NCBI GenBank assembly: GCA_951406725.2
Contig: OX597830.1
Coordinates: 2,294,001 to 2,358,000, forward strand
Source: Octopus vulgaris
Taxonomy: Eukaryota
Length of the DNA stretch: 64,000 nucleotides
Direction: 5' to 3'
This document shows positions 1 to 11,729 of the stretch, piece by piece. The number at the start of each line of letters is the position of its first letter. The first letter of the stretch is position 1. The position numbers and the translations under genes are program-made. The notes beneath the pieces were generated by a model. It worked only from the letters and a program-made list of their open reading frames with translations, ran no database searches and was not told where the DNA came from.

Positions 1-20
1 TGATGCATAGCCTTGTTATT

Positions 21-21
<1 letters not shown>

Positions 22-107
<86 letters not shown>
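22..107. repeat. (CT)n-(TA)n compound microsatellite
   Basis: Read directly from the sequence. Confidence 0.95.
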
Positions 108-110
<3 letters not shown>

Positions 111-780
111 CTGATCATTTTGTCTATCTCGATCTCTCTCAGACCAACTTTCATGATATAAAATTCTGGAAACTGGGTTTGAAATAAGACAATATGTTTT
201 TAGTGTTTTTATCTATTTCTCTGTTTTATCTTATCATTTAAGTCCAGACCAGCATTGAACAAACATTTGATCAAACACCATCCACCCATGACTATCTCAT
301 CATTCCCAGCAGGCAGGTTGCAACTGGGATCACATTAACCAGAGTATTTTTTCTTTTTTATTTAAAAGGCAATTTGACTACTATTTCAATCAAATCAAGC
401 AGCTAGATAAAGAATTCCTCATAAATTCAGTTAGTCAACTAATTATAAGTTAGGATAATACCTATGAGCAAGTAAGATGCAATCATTTGCATAAAGACGG
501 TCACGAATAAGAGACTGAAAATCTCTTCAGAAATGGCAGCAAATCGATGCAAGAATATTAGTGCCCCAGAAGAACAATTCACAGCTTAAGTAAGGGTATA
601 AATGCAGAGGAAAGAGAATTGGAGCAACAATGTTCCCTTGCTTGACACCATTCTCAACAGAAATGGGTCCCCATCATTCCACTACTGACATTAACCCATA
701 CCTCCATCCCATTATGAAATGATTTGATATATTTATATGTACACTCATACATACACACACACACACGCATACACACATAC

Positions 781-824
<44 letters not shown>

Positions 825-825
825 G

Positions 826-2499
826 CTTGGGTTCGTCAGTCGTTTTTCACTCATAGACAGAGAAAAAATTGACATAATTCTATTAGCTAGAAAAACCATA
901 ATAGAATTCGACGGTAGACTCTGAACCAGATCCGATACCCCCGACAACTTCGATGTGGCTATGGGCTCGAGCGATTCAGCTCAGGTGACTGACTTGGTCG
1001 GGGCCTACCTGCTCAAGAAGCTTTTCTCCGAGGTACCGGATCTTCAGGGGGGTCTATACAGAGACGACGCTCTCTTCATATACCCCACCAACAATAGGAG
1101 TAAACTAGAAAGAATTAGGAAAAAGATCAGGCTTTTTTTCAAATCCTTCAATCTTAAACTAGAATTTATGACCAACACTAAAATAGTAAACTTCTTAGAT
1201 GTTACGTTAGATTTGAATAAGCACCTTCACTACCCGTATAGGAAACCAGAAGAAACTACCAAATACATCCATACCTCTTCCAACCATCCACCCTGTATAA
1301 TTAGCACCACGGTCCAAGCCATCTCAGACAGACTGACAAAACTATCCTCTAATAGAGAAATTTTCAATAATCATGCACAACACTACAACCAGGCTCTCTA
1401 TAGTGCCGGGTATAACCAGAGAATATCATATGTAGACCACCCGGGAACGTCCGTCGGCCATAAGACTCCCAATTATAATCGAACTCAGCACTCAACTCAC
1501 ACTAGAGATAATTCTAATTTAAACTCCAAACAACGTATAGGAAATAGGCGAACTAATAGAACAGCACACAATAGTAACCCTCCCGACGAGAACAATATAG
1601 ATCCTATTAGGAGAAATAGAAGGGATAATAGTAGATTACGCAAATATATATGGTTCAACATACCTTTCAACTTAGCAGTTAGGGGTAAGTTATGTAAGAG
1701 AATATTCTCTATAATTTCCAACAACTTCCCACCCACCCACAAGTATAGAAGTATCTTCTCCAACAAAACTATTAGGATTTCCTACTCTACCCTGCCCAAC
1801 ATGAGCTGCCTCATAGCTAAACATAACTATATTAATATTAGAACAGCTAGATCAAGAACAAACCATAGCGACCAACAGAACCCCCCTCACCTAGACAGTA
1901 GACAATATAACCAGACTGACAGCCATACTACCCAAACAGTTAGTAATAACACCCGCCAACACAACAGAGGAAATGCTACACCCATCAACAACCAGGAGGA
2001 TACCAACGCCCCCACTCGTATTGCAACACCTCCGCCTGGGATTAGCAGCACACGACCGAATAATGCAATGCAATGCAACTGCAGATGTGCATCAGAGTGC
2101 CCGCTGCAGGGCGCATGTAGGGCGATAAACGTAATATACTCATGTGAGGTGAGTACTCAGTTTAACACACTCACCTATATTGGTTGCTCAACCTCCTGGA
2201 AATCCAGATACTACAACCACCGGTCCTCGATGAAACACAGACATAAGGCTAACAGCACCTCCCTCTCTAAAAGAATTTGGGAATTAAAAGACAAATGCAT
2301 AGGCTTCAAACTCAGATGGTCCATCATCGGATCAGCTGCACCTTATTTAAATAATAGAGCAGGATGCCAACTATGCTGTGTAGAACTCCTGAACATCTTG
2401 AAATTCAAAGACAAACACAATCTTATTAACAAAAGGTCAGAGTTCAAACCATCCTGTATACATAAACTTATTAATACTTTCAAATACTACAATGCTTAG
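826..2499 (+). pseudogene. PLE reverse transcriptase (C-terminal half), Cys-rich knuckle and GIY-YIG endonuclease
   Basis: Motifs FDVAMGSSDSAQV, GLYRDD, VNFLDV, PYRKP..YIHTSSNHPP, IWFNIPF..SYSTLPN, CNCRCASECPLQGAC, NVIY..YIG..RYYNH and CQLC..LINKRSE. An in-frame TGA at 922-924 joins ORF 724-924 to ORF 955-2499. Confidence 0.9.
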
Positions 2500-4219
2500 G
2501 TCTTATACCAACTCCCCCATGCAATTTCCTCCCACCCGGTGCAACCTGTCGGCTCCAGCACATCCCGCTTTCCTATATGTGCGTGTGTATGTGTGTGTGT
2601 GTGTGTGCGTATGTATGTGCACATACGTGTACGTATGTGTACATATACATATATATACACATGTGCGTGTGTGTGTGTGTGTGTGTGGGTGTGTGTATGT
2701 GCATATACGGTTCCCTGCATTTTCCCCCTACATATACAAATTTTGTCTCCCATATATGACTTCTTTTCCCTAAATATTTCTTCTCCTACACCCATATCCT
2801 CCCTATGTAGTCTCTTTAATTCCCTTTACAAAATTATATTTTTATCTTATTTTATTTTATTTTTATCCTACTTCCATTTATTTTTATTTTTAATTTTATT
2901 TTTACTTTTATTCTACTTCCATTTATTCTCATTTTCATTTTCATCCCTTACCTTAACTCTTATAATTTTTATAATTCTTATACTTCATTTCTAACTATTA
3001 CATTGTATTTCTTATTTTATACTGTATTTTTTTATTTCTAATCTTTACCCTTACCCTCATTCTTACCCCTAACTTATCGCTTTACACCTCTATATATGTT
3101 TATTTACTTACCTATGGATCCATCTTTTGAATATACGAACGTCCGCGTACGTGTGTATACGCATACATACATATGCACGCACGTATATGTACATGCATAC
3201 CTCGATATCTTATAGCTATACCCATGTGCGCGTGTGTCTCTCTGTGTGTGTATGTGAGTGTATATGTGCACGCACATACGGACACACAGCCGTGTGTGCG
3301 TGCGCGTATTGACATGAGTACGGGATTCTTTACTTACGTTCTTATACACATCCTTTAATATCTTATACCTGGACCTAGAGGCGTGGGCATATACGTGTAT
3401 GTATGTAGTGATGGGCGCGCGTATATACATGTGAGCGTGTACGCGCGTAATGTCCGTGTATATATGCGGATATTCCGGTGTATGTATGTGTGTGTACGCG
3501 CGTGCGTGTGGGTGCGTGTGGGTTTACGTACGTGTTTACACGCGAGTGCGTGTGTATGCTTATATGCTTGGAGGCGTATATGTACGCGTGTATGTGGGTG
3601 TATGTATCCATGATGATATGTATGTACTAGAAGTCCATTTAATTCAGGGAACCAGATTAAATGCTCATCAGCTCTGATTTACAACGCATTAAGTCCCCAG
3701 ACGAAACTGTTGATTTACTGTTGATTTACTGACAATTCTACAACTAAATTTTATCAATCTCCTGACCACCATGCTTGGTCCGTAACCTCTATACATCCCT
3801 TATCTTTACATTCTTTTACACTTTTATCATGGTTTTATCAGATTTTTTAACTTTTATTTCTATTTCTATTTTTACTTTATAACCTTATGCCTTTACATTT
3901 ATTTACATTTCTTTATATTTCTTTACAACTCTTTATATCTTTATCCTCTACATTTTTATATTATTCTATACTTACACTTTTTTACACATTTTTTATCCCT
4001 CGTCCCGAACTCTCGCCCCTCCATCTTCACCTCTATATATGTATTTATTTATTTACATTACCTCAACATCCATTTTTCCTCATTCTACATTGAGAGAAGA
4101 AAGAGATGGACGCTTCAATTCTATGCTGCTGCCGCATTATGTCGTACGTGAATGAGAGGATTTGCATCCCCAACCAAGAATTTTTGATGTAACACATGTC
4201 CTTGCGGAAGCTGTTGTGC

Positions 4220-4297
4220 GCGGCTGAAGAAGGCCACAGACATACATTATGCATTGTTATAAATCTGTCTAATAAAGGCCCGAAACATATGTACCGC
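4220..4297 (+). ncRNA. Minimal type I hammerhead ribozyme with extended stem II
   Basis: gcgg-CTGAAGA-aGGCC..GGCCc-GAAA-C-ATAT-G-TA-ccgc. Stem I gcgg/ccgc, intact core, palindromic stem III (ACATATGT), GUA cleavage triplet. Confidence 0.8.
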
Positions 4298-4335
4298 TGA
4301 ATCCTTCGCATCATGTTTTTATTTTATTTTGATCA

Positions 4336-4443
<108 letters not shown>

Positions 4444-5499
4444 TATACATGCATGCATCTGCATAAATTTTATTTTTATTTTTGTTTTTTGCTAATCTAA
4501 ATTGGTTCAGGATATAAATGCCAATGAGAAACAGAGAAAAACAAAATATCAACCAGTGGTTTTCCAGTGACATCCCTTGAGATATTATTCCTGCAATGAG
4601 TTACACAGACTCCCTTAACATTCTCAGATATATAGTGAACCAGTTACTGATCCACTGGAAACCCATAACAGATGTTTCTATTGTTCACCGATTCCAATAT
4701 AAAATAAATAAATCATAATGAATGTCGTTAGTATCTGTCCATTTTTGCCTGCCATGGATCTGTTGGGTCTGCTTCTCTACAGAGAAGCCATATATTTTTG
4801 AAATATTGATTTCATATTTAGAAGATTTATTTGAACAAAAAGAAAACTTAGCGCGAACAGAAACAAAGAATAATGATTTGTATAAAATCAGGCCTCGATT
4901 GAAAATGACAGACAGACATAGACATAGCTAAATATTGCTGCAAGGAACTTTTATAGAATTTAGAAAAATCCAATACATTCTCGAAATCTAAAAGATTCCT
5001 GACTATAGTTGAATATTTTTGATAAAACAATGAAAAGTCATTAATTTAAAAGTTTTTTTTTTATATTCTTCATGCACTGACATTTGGTATTTTGTATCAT
5101 AATTTATTGCTTTCTGCATATTCCTTTGTCTTTTAGGTTCCATTGCTTTAAGTTAAGCTCACAAACACATTGAGAAATTTAGTTTACATTCTATGTTTGA
5201 CAGATATTTTCAAATAGATTTTTTTCTTTATATATATTTTGTCTATTCTTGGTTCTACTTTGTATTTTTAGAATATTGTACAAATGTTGATTAAATATTT
5301 TCTCGTCGTTACGTCTTATAAGATTTCTTAAAGAAACATGAAAAATCTTTCCTTTCATATTAAATATCAGTTGAAATATTTCAATAAAAAATTTTCTGTA
5401 ACCCTTTTTTACCATATTCATCATACATATACATAAATATTACATTTACACACACTGCATGACTGAGAAGCCAGCTCACAGCACACCATTTCTCTAAAG

Positions 5500-5539
5500 A
5501 TTTCCTGAATAAGGAGTCATAACCCCGAAATATTGAGAT
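5500..5539 (+). ncRNA. Degenerate minimal hammerhead (pLTR relic)
   Basis: atttc-CTGAATA-AGGAG-tcataa-CCCC-GAAA-TA-TT-gagat. Stem I of 5 bp including G.U; G8 mutated; one stem II mismatch. Confidence 0.4.
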
Positions 5540-5799
5540 AGAAAGTTAAAGTGCAAAACACTGACTTGTGTTGTTTCTTGCATGTCTTTGGCTTTCAGAT
5601 ATAATCTGTCTATCACCATTTTCACCATCTTCACCCTCATCATACTTCAACATTCACTTTCCATGCTAGCATGAGTTGAACACGGATGTATATATGATGG
5701 ACTCTCCCGTCGTCAGACCACATATGAGGGTCGGCAATTTCTTACTGAACAATCACACAAATGATTTGTTAACAGTGATCAAATGTTTGTGTAGATTTA

Positions 5800-5997
5800 A
5801 GTGCATTCTCTCCATCAGATGGACATTACCTGTACAGGTGCAATGGGTGCCACATGTTAGATGCCGGAATGATTCCAGAGCCAAGGTGAAAAGAAGTGCT
5901 TTGCTCAAGAACAAAACACAAAACCCTGTCTAGGAATCAAACCCACAATCTTGCAATCGTGAGTGCAACACCTTAACCATTAAGCCATGCACCTTCA

Positions 5998-5998
<1 letters not shown>
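5800..5998 (-). mobile_element. tRNA-derived SINE (degenerate)
   Basis: Minus strand reads gtgaaggtgcaTGGCTTAATGGttaagg...GGTTTGATTCC (A/B boxes), then ttcttgagcaaagcac. A related head is at 32606. Confidence 0.65.
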
Positions 5999-6000
<2 letters not shown>

Positions 6001-6087
<87 letters not shown>

Positions 6088-6113
6088 GTATATTATGTAT
6101 ATATATGTATATA

Positions 6114-6173
<60 letters not shown>

Positions 6174-6193
6174 GTATATTATATATATGTATA

Positions 6194-6249
<56 letters not shown>
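6001..6249. repeat. (TA)n microsatellite
   Basis: Read directly from the sequence. Confidence 0.95.
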
Positions 6250-6250
<1 letters not shown>

Positions 6251-7079
6251 CGAGGTGATTGCGGCTGCGCTGAAGAGCAAAGGCTACAAGAGGACAGCGG
6301 CTCAGATGGAGCGAAAGAGACGGGAATTCGTGCGCTCATATGCGCTTATACGGTCGCACATTGGCGCACTTGATGCCATCTTTGAGAACGAGCGGGGCAA
6401 AGATGGCAAGAATGGAGACGATGAAAGAAGTCACCCCCACCTGGTGGACGCCTGGGAGGAGGTTTTGAATGAAAAACCTGCCCGGGAAGTGAACCCAGGT
6501 GCAAGTTCTCCAACCGGCAGCAAAGGCCATGGAGACGGAGAACCCGGTGAAGAGGTAGAGGGAGGAGGAAGAACTAAAAGAAGGGCTGGAAGAGCTAAAG
6601 GAAAAGCTCAAGCAGGACCAAAGGGTGAAAAAACCAGGAATAGAAGTGGAACCGCAAAAGATGGAAACAAACAGCGCACACGGGTGTGTAGGTTCTACCT
6701 GAGAGGTTCCTGCTGGCATGGAAAGGAAGGTGCAGGCTGCCGCTTTGCACATCGGGGACCCTGCCACAGAGACACGAGGCAGATGGACAAACCATCAACA
6801 CAAGGAAAAGGTTTGGACCACGCACCACTTGCCCCAAAGCGGAGGTACGCAGATGTTGTGCGTGCCACAAACCACCAACATGATGTTGTCGAAAGGGCAG
6901 CTGCTGAGCAACAATCTTTTTTGTGCATGGCACAAAAGATTGTACAGCAGCTGACCTGGTTTCATCAAACCCAAGCCCGCAGGTGGGACTACCCACTATA
7001 TACCAGACCACCACAGCAAACAGACCCAGGATGGACACCACCGGCAACAACGTACACCTCACCTCGATGCTCCTACTGA
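6250..7079 (+). CDS. LINE ORF1 with CCCH zinc finger (5' end truncated or fused to microsatellite)
   Basis: Open frame containing [22 protein letters not shown] (6687-6752) after a basic region. Confidence 0.7.
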
Positions 7080-10025
7080 ACATCAGAGGACTGCAAACAC
7101 TCAGTAACAGGACAAAAATCCCGTTCCTGAGAGATTTTGTTGCATGCAATCAAGCCTTATGCATAGCACTAACGGAAACGCACCTGAAACCGGATATAGC
7201 AGATGCGGAGTTACACATACCACAGTATGCTGTACTACGGACCGACAGGAAAGAAAGGAGTCATGGAGGTGTTGCTATGTACATCCGTGAGGACCTCACA
7301 CCCCAGGTCCTCTTGTCATACTCAAACTCGGTGTGTGACACACTAATTGTACATATTAGGCAACTTGATGTAGTTGTGTGTGCTACATATCGCCCTCCAG
7401 ATGCCCCAAGCCATGTGGGCAAGTTTGAAGACTGCCTTATAAAAATAGAAGAAGTTCTAACCACATTAGAACAACACATAAGTGTACTTCTTATGGGAGA
7501 CTTCAATCTGCCCAGTGTCAAATGGCCCGAGGGCCTTTCTCTCCCAGGAATGACAAGATGTGAACGAGGACAGGCGAGGTCCCTCCTGAACCTCATCAAC
7601 ATCCTGTACATGGAGCAGGTAATACTCCAACCAACCAGGGCAGGTAACACACTGGATCTCTGCTTCACAAATGACATGGATCTCATCCATAATGTGAAAG
7701 TGACACCGACACTACTCTCGGATCACAACATGATAGAGCTGACCATGTACGGGCCAAAAGAGAGCACGGACATGCAGCCTACAAGAAACCCTCAGAATCT
7801 TTCCAGCTTGAACTACCATAAGGCAAACTGGAAACAAATTGAGAAAGAGATCCTCAAACAAAACTGGCCTAAATGTCTCTCCTCGCCAGACATCGACGTG
7901 AAACTTCAACAATTCATGTCTGTAATGCAAGCCATATGCTACAAATGTGTCCCAGAGAGAAAGGCCACTGTACACAAGAACAAAATCCCCAGAGAGAGGA
8001 AAATTTGAATGAGACGGCGTACAAAATTTTCAAATCGCCTAAACAAACAGATTGAAAGCAGTGAAAAGTCCCGCCTAAAAATAAAACTTGGAAATCGAAA
8101 AATGTCTGCAACTCTCCCATGAAAAGGAAAGAGCAGACAAAGAAGCCTGGGCTATAGACAACATAAAATCTAACCCCAGAGCTTTCTACAGGTATGCCAA
8201 AGAAACAGCTACGATGCACTGTAGAATAGGGCCACTCCTCGAAAAGGATGGCACACTTACAGGAAAACCAATGAGGGTAAGTGAAATACTGAATGAACAA
8301 TTCAAGAGTGTTTTCACTCCACCCCTTGGGCATTTCCAACTCAGCAATCCAACTGACTTCTTTACCACTGCAGATATAGAATCAGAGGCGGCGACGATAA
8401 ATTACATCGATATACAGGAAGACGATGTAATAAAGGCTATAGATGAAATGAAAACAGACTCAGCTACTGGCCCCGATGGATTCCCGGCAATCCTCCTACA
8501 AGTATGTAAGAGAGTCCTAGCAAGACCACTGCAGTTCCTCTTTCAGAGCTTCCTTGCAGCTGGCAAACTTCCAAGAAAACTGAAGGAAGGTAAAATATGC
8601 CCCATTCATAAAGGAGGTAGCAGAGCGGAAGCCAAGAACTATAGACCTATCTCTCTGACCTCACACATCAGCAAGGTCATGGAACGAATAGTCAGAATGA
8701 AGCTGATCACCTTCCTTGAAGAGAATGACTTGCTGCCCGACACCCAACATGGTTTCCGACCAGGGAGAAGCTGTTTAACTCAGCTCCTACAACACTATGA
8801 CTGGGTGCTGAAACGGCTGCTCAACCACTCAAATGTGGAAGTGATATATCTCGACTTTGCAAAGGCCTTTGATAAAGTCGATCATGGAATTATATGTCAC
8901 AAACTGCGTGATCTCAACATAGTTGGAAAACTGGGAGAATGGCTTCATGACTTTCTGAAAGATAGAAGTCAGGTGGTAGTGGCCAATGGGGCCACTTCCA
9001 TTAACACGCAAATAGTGAGCAGTGTTCCGCAGGGCACTGTTCTGGGACCACTACTGTTCATAATGGCCCTCTCAGACATGCCCTCAGCCACGCAGAGAGC
9101 CACGATCACAAGTTATGCAGATGATACAAAAGTTTCACAGGCAATACAGAACCCTGAGGACACTGAACACCTGCAATGTGAGCTAGACAAAATATACAAG
9201 TGGGCCGAAAAGAATAGCATGCAGTTCAATGCTGAAAAGTTTCAAGCTCTATACTATCAGCATGCAAAACTAAATGCAATACCCAATGAATACACTGGAC
9301 CCGGAGAAATAGCAATCCCAGAGGCACAATCAGTGCGTGACCTAGGTATTTACATGAGTGATGACGCGACCTTTCGTGTACATGTTGCTAAATTGGCAAT
9401 GAAATGTAGACGACTGGCCGGATGGATCCTCAGAACCTTTAGAACAAGAGAACAAGAAACCATGATGGTCCTCTGGAGGACACTTGTCCTAAGCCACTTT
9501 GACTACTGCTCTCAGTTATGGTCACCATCCAGTGTCAAGTTGATCACAGAGCTCGAGGCGATCCAACGTAGCTACACGAAGAAGATAGCCTCTATGCAGA
9601 ATGTAAGCTACTGGGAAAGACTCAAGAGATTAAAACTATATTCCCTGGAGTGTAGGCGGGAAAGATATGCCATAATATACATCTGGAAGATCCTGGAGGG
9701 AAGTGTCCTGAACTTTGGCATCGAGAGTTACGCAAATGCCAGAACTGGGCGCCACTGCGTGGTGCCTAGGACTCCAAACTTGCCATCAAGATGTAGGACA
9801 AGATTCTGTGATAGCCTGGGCTTCCGAGGCCCACAGCTCTTCAATATCCTCCCGAAGAACCTGAGAGACCTGCATGGGGTGGATGCAGATGTCTTTAAAA
9901 TGAAGCTGGATCTCTTCCTGTCAGGTGTCCCAGATGAACCAACTTCACGGCAGGAGGGGCAGATGAGGGCAGCTGCATCGAACTCTCTCATGCACCAAAT
10001 GGCAGTTGCTAGAAAGCTTTCGTGA
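6923..10025 (+). pseudogene. LINE ORF2, APE endonuclease plus RT (one stop at 8006-8008, one frameshift near 8088)
   Basis: LNIRGL, LTETHL, HGGVAMY, MGDFN, TLDLCFTN, SDHN; GPDG, YRPISLTS, QHGFRPGRSC, YLDFAKAFDKV, VPQGTVLGP, YADD, DLG. Confidence 0.95.
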
Positions 10026-10118
10026 AGTGAAACCAAGTAGCAACACCAAATGGCGGTGCCCCAGCATGGCCACAGCTCATAAGCTGAAACTAGAATCAAT
10101 CAATCAATCAATCAATCA

Positions 10119-10311
10119 TATAATGTAAATTATATATATGTGTGTGTATATATATGTATATATATATATATGTGTATATTATATATATATGTATATATAT
10201 GTATATATATATGTATATATATATATATATGCATATATATGTATATATATGCATATATATGTATATATATATATATTTATATATATGTGTATATATATTT
10301 ATATAAATGTG

Positions 10312-10342
<31 letters not shown>

Positions 10343-10390
10343 GTGTATATATATATGTATATATATAGGTATATATATGTATATATATAT
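10119..10390. repeat. (TA/TG)n degenerate microsatellite
   Basis: Read directly from the sequence. Confidence 0.9.
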
Positions 10391-10608
10391 ATACTACAAA
10401 ATTAGAGAATGGAGAAACATACTTAAATCAATAAAACATCAACTATCCGATGATACTCAATCCATACTTTAATACACCATTACATAGGAGTAAAGGCAAT
10501 ATATAAAATGAAATGAGATATACAGTAATAGTAAAAGTAAAAGTAAAAGTAAAAAGATAAAGAGATATAAGTAAAAAATTACAAATACAATATGCAAATA
10601 AATCAAAA

Positions 10609-10715
10609 CTGACAGCTGTTTCGGCAGTGAGGACAGTCATACCTCATTTAACCTATAAGCCATAAAGGCAGGTATAAATGAGGCATTAACAAAGATGCCC
10701 ACGGCCTCTTCAGAG
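10609..10715 (-). ncRNA. Hammerhead ribozyme with long stem II (left arm of palindrome)
   Basis: Reverse complement of 11622-11729. Confidence 0.65.
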
Positions 10716-11057
10716 AATTAAATTAAATTTGTTATAATAGTGAAAAATATTATATAATCATATACATATAAATATAAAAATATAAAAAAGTAAAATATAA
10801 AAACTTATACATCATAATGCTACACTTGTATAATATAATACATATTTGTACAAAAAGGAAGGTAACCAGAACAAAATAAAACAAAATATATAACAGTGTA
10901 TATATAATATTAATAAGTACCGATATCATACATATTTAGCTAATAGTTTTTTTTATAAAAAAAGGGGCTAACACATATGGAGATGAAAAATAATAATAAT
11001 TAAATCCGTGGTACAGTTCATAAAATTCTAAAGCTATAAAAGTTAATAAAAATTACT

Positions 11058-11091
<34 letters not shown>

Positions 11092-11247
11092 GTAATAATA
11101 ATAAAAAATAATAAAAATAGATACAGTTAAGTTATCACCAAGTCCATCCTTCCAAGATCGAAATAACTATAGTTATTTCGATCTTGGAAGGATGGACTTG
11201 GTGATAACTTAACTGTATCTATTTTTATTATTTTTTATTATTATTAC

Positions 11248-11281
<34 letters not shown>

Positions 11282-11621
11282 AGTAATTTTTATTAACTTT
11301 TATAGCTTTAGAATTTTATGAACTGTACCACGGATTTAATTATTATTATTTTTCATCTCCATATGTGTTAGCCCTTTTTTATAAAAAAAACTATTAGCTA
11401 AATATGTATGATATCGGTACTTATTAATATTATATATACACTGTTATATATTTTGTTTTATTTTGTTCTGGTTACCTTCCTTTTTGTACAAATATGTATT
11501 ATATTATACAAGTGTAGCATTATGATGTATAAGTTTTTATATTTTACTTTTTTATATTTTTATATTTATATGTATATGATTATATAATATTTTTCACTAT
11601 TATAACAAATTTAATTTAATT

Positions 11622-11729
11622 CTCTGAAGAGGCCGTGGGGCATCTTTGTTAATGCCTCATTTATACCTGCCTTTATGGCTTATAGGTTAAATGAGGTATG
11701 ACTGTCCTCACTGCCGAAACAGCTGTCAG
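11622..11729 (+). ncRNA. Hammerhead ribozyme with long stem II (right arm of palindrome)
   Basis: ct-CTGAAGA-GGC[~80 nt hairpin including tgcctcattta/taaatgaggta]GCC-GAAA-C-AGCT-G-TC-ag. Palindromic stem III; stem I is weak. Confidence 0.7.

Larger units (their letters stand above)
826..4315 (+). mobile_element. 5'-truncated Penelope-like element (Naiad-like) with long 3' region, flanked by (TA)n
   Basis: RT plus GIY-YIG ORF, then a ~1.8 kb 3' region ending in a hammerhead motif at 4220-4297. (TA)n tracts lie on both sides. The 3' boundary is approximate. Confidence 0.8.
6250..10118 (+). mobile_element. CR1/L2-group LINE, near full length, (AATC)n tail, inserted in (TA)n
   Basis: ORF1 plus APE-RT ORF2, short 3' UTR, tail aatcaatcaatc at ~10095-10118. 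Confidence 0.9.

Noticed and set aside
922-924. In-frame TGA in the Naiad-like ORF as a selenocysteine codon
   Set aside because: Some Naiads are reported to encode selenoproteins, but this TGA sits where I expect Trp (upstream of FDV.MG), so TGG>TGA decay is simpler. I could not identify a SECIS by eye.
3635-3672. Minus-strand CTGATGA followed by an 8 bp hairpin
   Set aside because: Followed by GACT rather than GAAA, and antisense to the PLE.
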